From: an uncultured bacterium
GTDB taxonomy: Bacteria > Oederibacteriota > Muellerivitia > Muellerivitales > Muellerivitaceae
Assembly: GCA_964525605.1 (NCBI GenBank)
Contig: CAZGKT010000012.1
Coordinates: 7,771-71,770 of the forward strand
Length of the DNA: 64,000 nt
Reading direction: 5' to 3'
Part shown: positions 62,782-64,000 of the stretch, piece after piece
Numbering within the stretch: position 1 is the first letter of the stretch
How the letters are laid out: every line of letters begins with the position of its first letter
The notes under the pieces: model-generated
What the model was told of the DNA's origin: nothing
The model's database searches: none
What the model saw: only the letters and a program-made list of their open reading frames with translations
Translations under genes and position numbers: made by a program

Positions 62782-63822
62782 TTAAGCCAATCCAGCCTGA
62801 ATCTTCTTTCCCAAGACCACATAGGGGATGTGCAGTCCGGTTTTGCCCTTGATCGTGACGGCAGGCAGTTCCTCCAGGCGAAAGTCGTCGGCGGCCGAAT
62901 GGGCCATGTCCCGGTTGATGAGGATTTGGCCGTCTTTCGCCAGGGCGCAAAGGCGGGCGGCGAAATTGACCGTGTCCCCGATGACCGTGAATTCCATGCG
63001 CCGGGCCGAGCCCAGGTTTCCCATGATGACGTTGCCCGCCGCCAGCCCGATCCCCAGGCCCGTTTCAACATCCTTACTGTAGTTGCCCTTGAAGGCGCCC
63101 AAAATCTGGTGGAATCCATCCTGCATTTGCAGGGCCGAAAGCAGGGCCTTTTGGATCGACTCGGCTTCCTTATCCGGGGGAAAGGGGTAAAAAGCGAGGA
63201 TGGAGTCACCCATGAACTTGTTAATCTCCCCGCCTGAGAAGGTGATGATTTCTTCCAACTCGGTGAACATCCGGTTGAGGTAGCGCACTGTTTCCTGGGG
63301 CCTGAGCTTCTCGGTCATGGCGGTAAAACCCCGCACATCCGAAACCAAAACGATACAGCTGGTCACTTCCCCTTCCCATACGGCCTTGTTGCCCTTGGCC
63401 GTGGCGAATTGGGAAGCCCGGGTGCCCACGAATTTGTCCAGAATATGCAGGCTCTCGACCAGTTTTTTCTCGGTCCCGCTGAAATGAGCGTAGGCCAGGT
63501 CCATAATTTCTTTTTTCGTGGCCCCGATGGCCAAGGGGGTGGACTTGCGGACGATCTTGTAATCTTGGGGCAATACCCGGCACCGAAGAAGGAAGGACTG
63601 GAGTTCAACGAGGAGGGCTTCTTGGGCCCTCCACCAGAAGGCCCGGGCGACCAAGACCAACAGCGCGGCCGAGGCGACCCCGCAGGCAAAGGCAGCCTCC
63701 AAGGATTGGGTGTAAAACCAACTGACGGCCCCGATGATGATCACAGTGCCGAGAACCCAGATCGCGGGCAGGGCCTTGCCCGGTTGGTCTTCTTCTTTTT
63801 TAACCTCGGGTCCGTTCGCCAT
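62782..63822 (-). CDS. Membrane-anchored class-III adenylate/guanylate cyclase
   Basis: Two N-terminal TM helices (AIWVLGTVIIIGAVSWFY; AFACGVASAALLVLVARAFWW). Cyclase blocks CIVLVSDVRGFT, KFMGDSILAFY, GIGLAAGNVIMGNLG, FTVIGDTVNFAARL. Confidence 0.85.
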   Translation of the reverse strand: MANGPEVKKEEDQPGKALPAIWVLGTVIIIGAVSWFYTQSLEAAFACGVASAALLVLVARAFWWRAQEALLVELQSFLLRCRVLPQDYKIVRKSTPLAIGATKKEIMDLAYAHFSGTEKKLVESLHILDKFVGTRASQFATAKGNKAVWEGEVTSCIVLVSDVRGFTAMTEKLRPQETVRYLNRMFTELEEIITFSGGEINKFMGDSILAFYPFPPDKEAESIQKALLSALQMQDGFHQILGAFKGNYSKDVETGLGIGLAAGNVIMGNLGSARRMEFTVIGDTVNFAARLCALAKDGQILINRDMAHSAADDFRLEELPAVTIKGKTGLHIPYVVLGKKIQAGLA

Positions 63823-64000
63823 GGTGCCGCTATTTTATCAGGGTGGAGACCCCCATATTCGTTTCGTTTTCTGCACAAAAGAGTTTTGACTGCCCCGTTG
63901 CTGCAGGCCCAATCCCTTTGTGGGTTCCAAATGAATTAAGGATTTAATAGGTCCAAACTTGGTCCAGCGACATTTGATTGGGCATATTTTTGCTTCCCTC

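Noticed and set aside
63409-63939. 176-aa plus-strand ORF
   Set aside because: It is antisense to the TM-cyclase gene.

Overview
This 64-kb window is a GC-rich chromosomal segment from a diderm (Gram-negative-type) bacterium, judged from beta-barrel outer-membrane proteins ending in an aromatic residue and many lipobox lipoproteins. Most codons end in G or C, and almost every antisense frame is open, which accounts for the many long spurious ORFs in the six-frame track. I found no rRNA, tRNA, CRISPR array, transposase or integrase.

The window falls into three blocks.

(1) 1-20 kb: a LacI-associated beta-mannan/glucomannan utilisation locus (3x GH5, SASA-type esterase, GH130, GH36, ABC solute-binding protein, PilZ). 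Its 7-gene minus-strand operon is centred on a 1431-aa outer-membrane protein built from five tandem ~180-aa modules, each ending in a (K/V)PGWNRNV motif, fused to a C-terminal beta-barrel and flanked by two lipoproteins.

(2) 20-43 kb: an envelope-glycan cluster. It holds a 1383-aa four-module glycosyltransferase, a NodU/CmcH carbamoyltransferase with an extra C-terminal beta-sandwich, a 2968-aa cyclic beta-1,2-glucan synthase (GT84+GH94), a small methyltransferase-like gene, an OMP and a lipoprotein serpin. It also holds an unusual 680-aa protein that joins a YkuD (L,D-transpeptidase)-like domain whose catalytic Cys is replaced by Ser to a C-terminal papain/transglutaminase-like Cys-His domain.

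(3) 44-64 kb: a signalling and accessory mix. It includes a STAND protein with a degenerate cyclase domain, NB-ARC and TPR; a PAS-cyclase and a TM-cyclase; an HPr-like protein with Asn at the His15 position; a Doc/AbrB toxin-antitoxin pair; divergent TPR-beta-barrel paralogs; a Kelch lipoprotein; and a nitroreductase. It ends in a ~1.8-kb AT-rich islet. The islet opens with a diverged duplicate of the last 23 codons of the glucan-synthase gene and carries two FN3-like paralogs bracketed by perfect 38-bp direct repeats.

Coordinates read by hand (repeats, motifs) may be off by 1-2 nt. CDS coordinates are anchored to the supplied ORF track.
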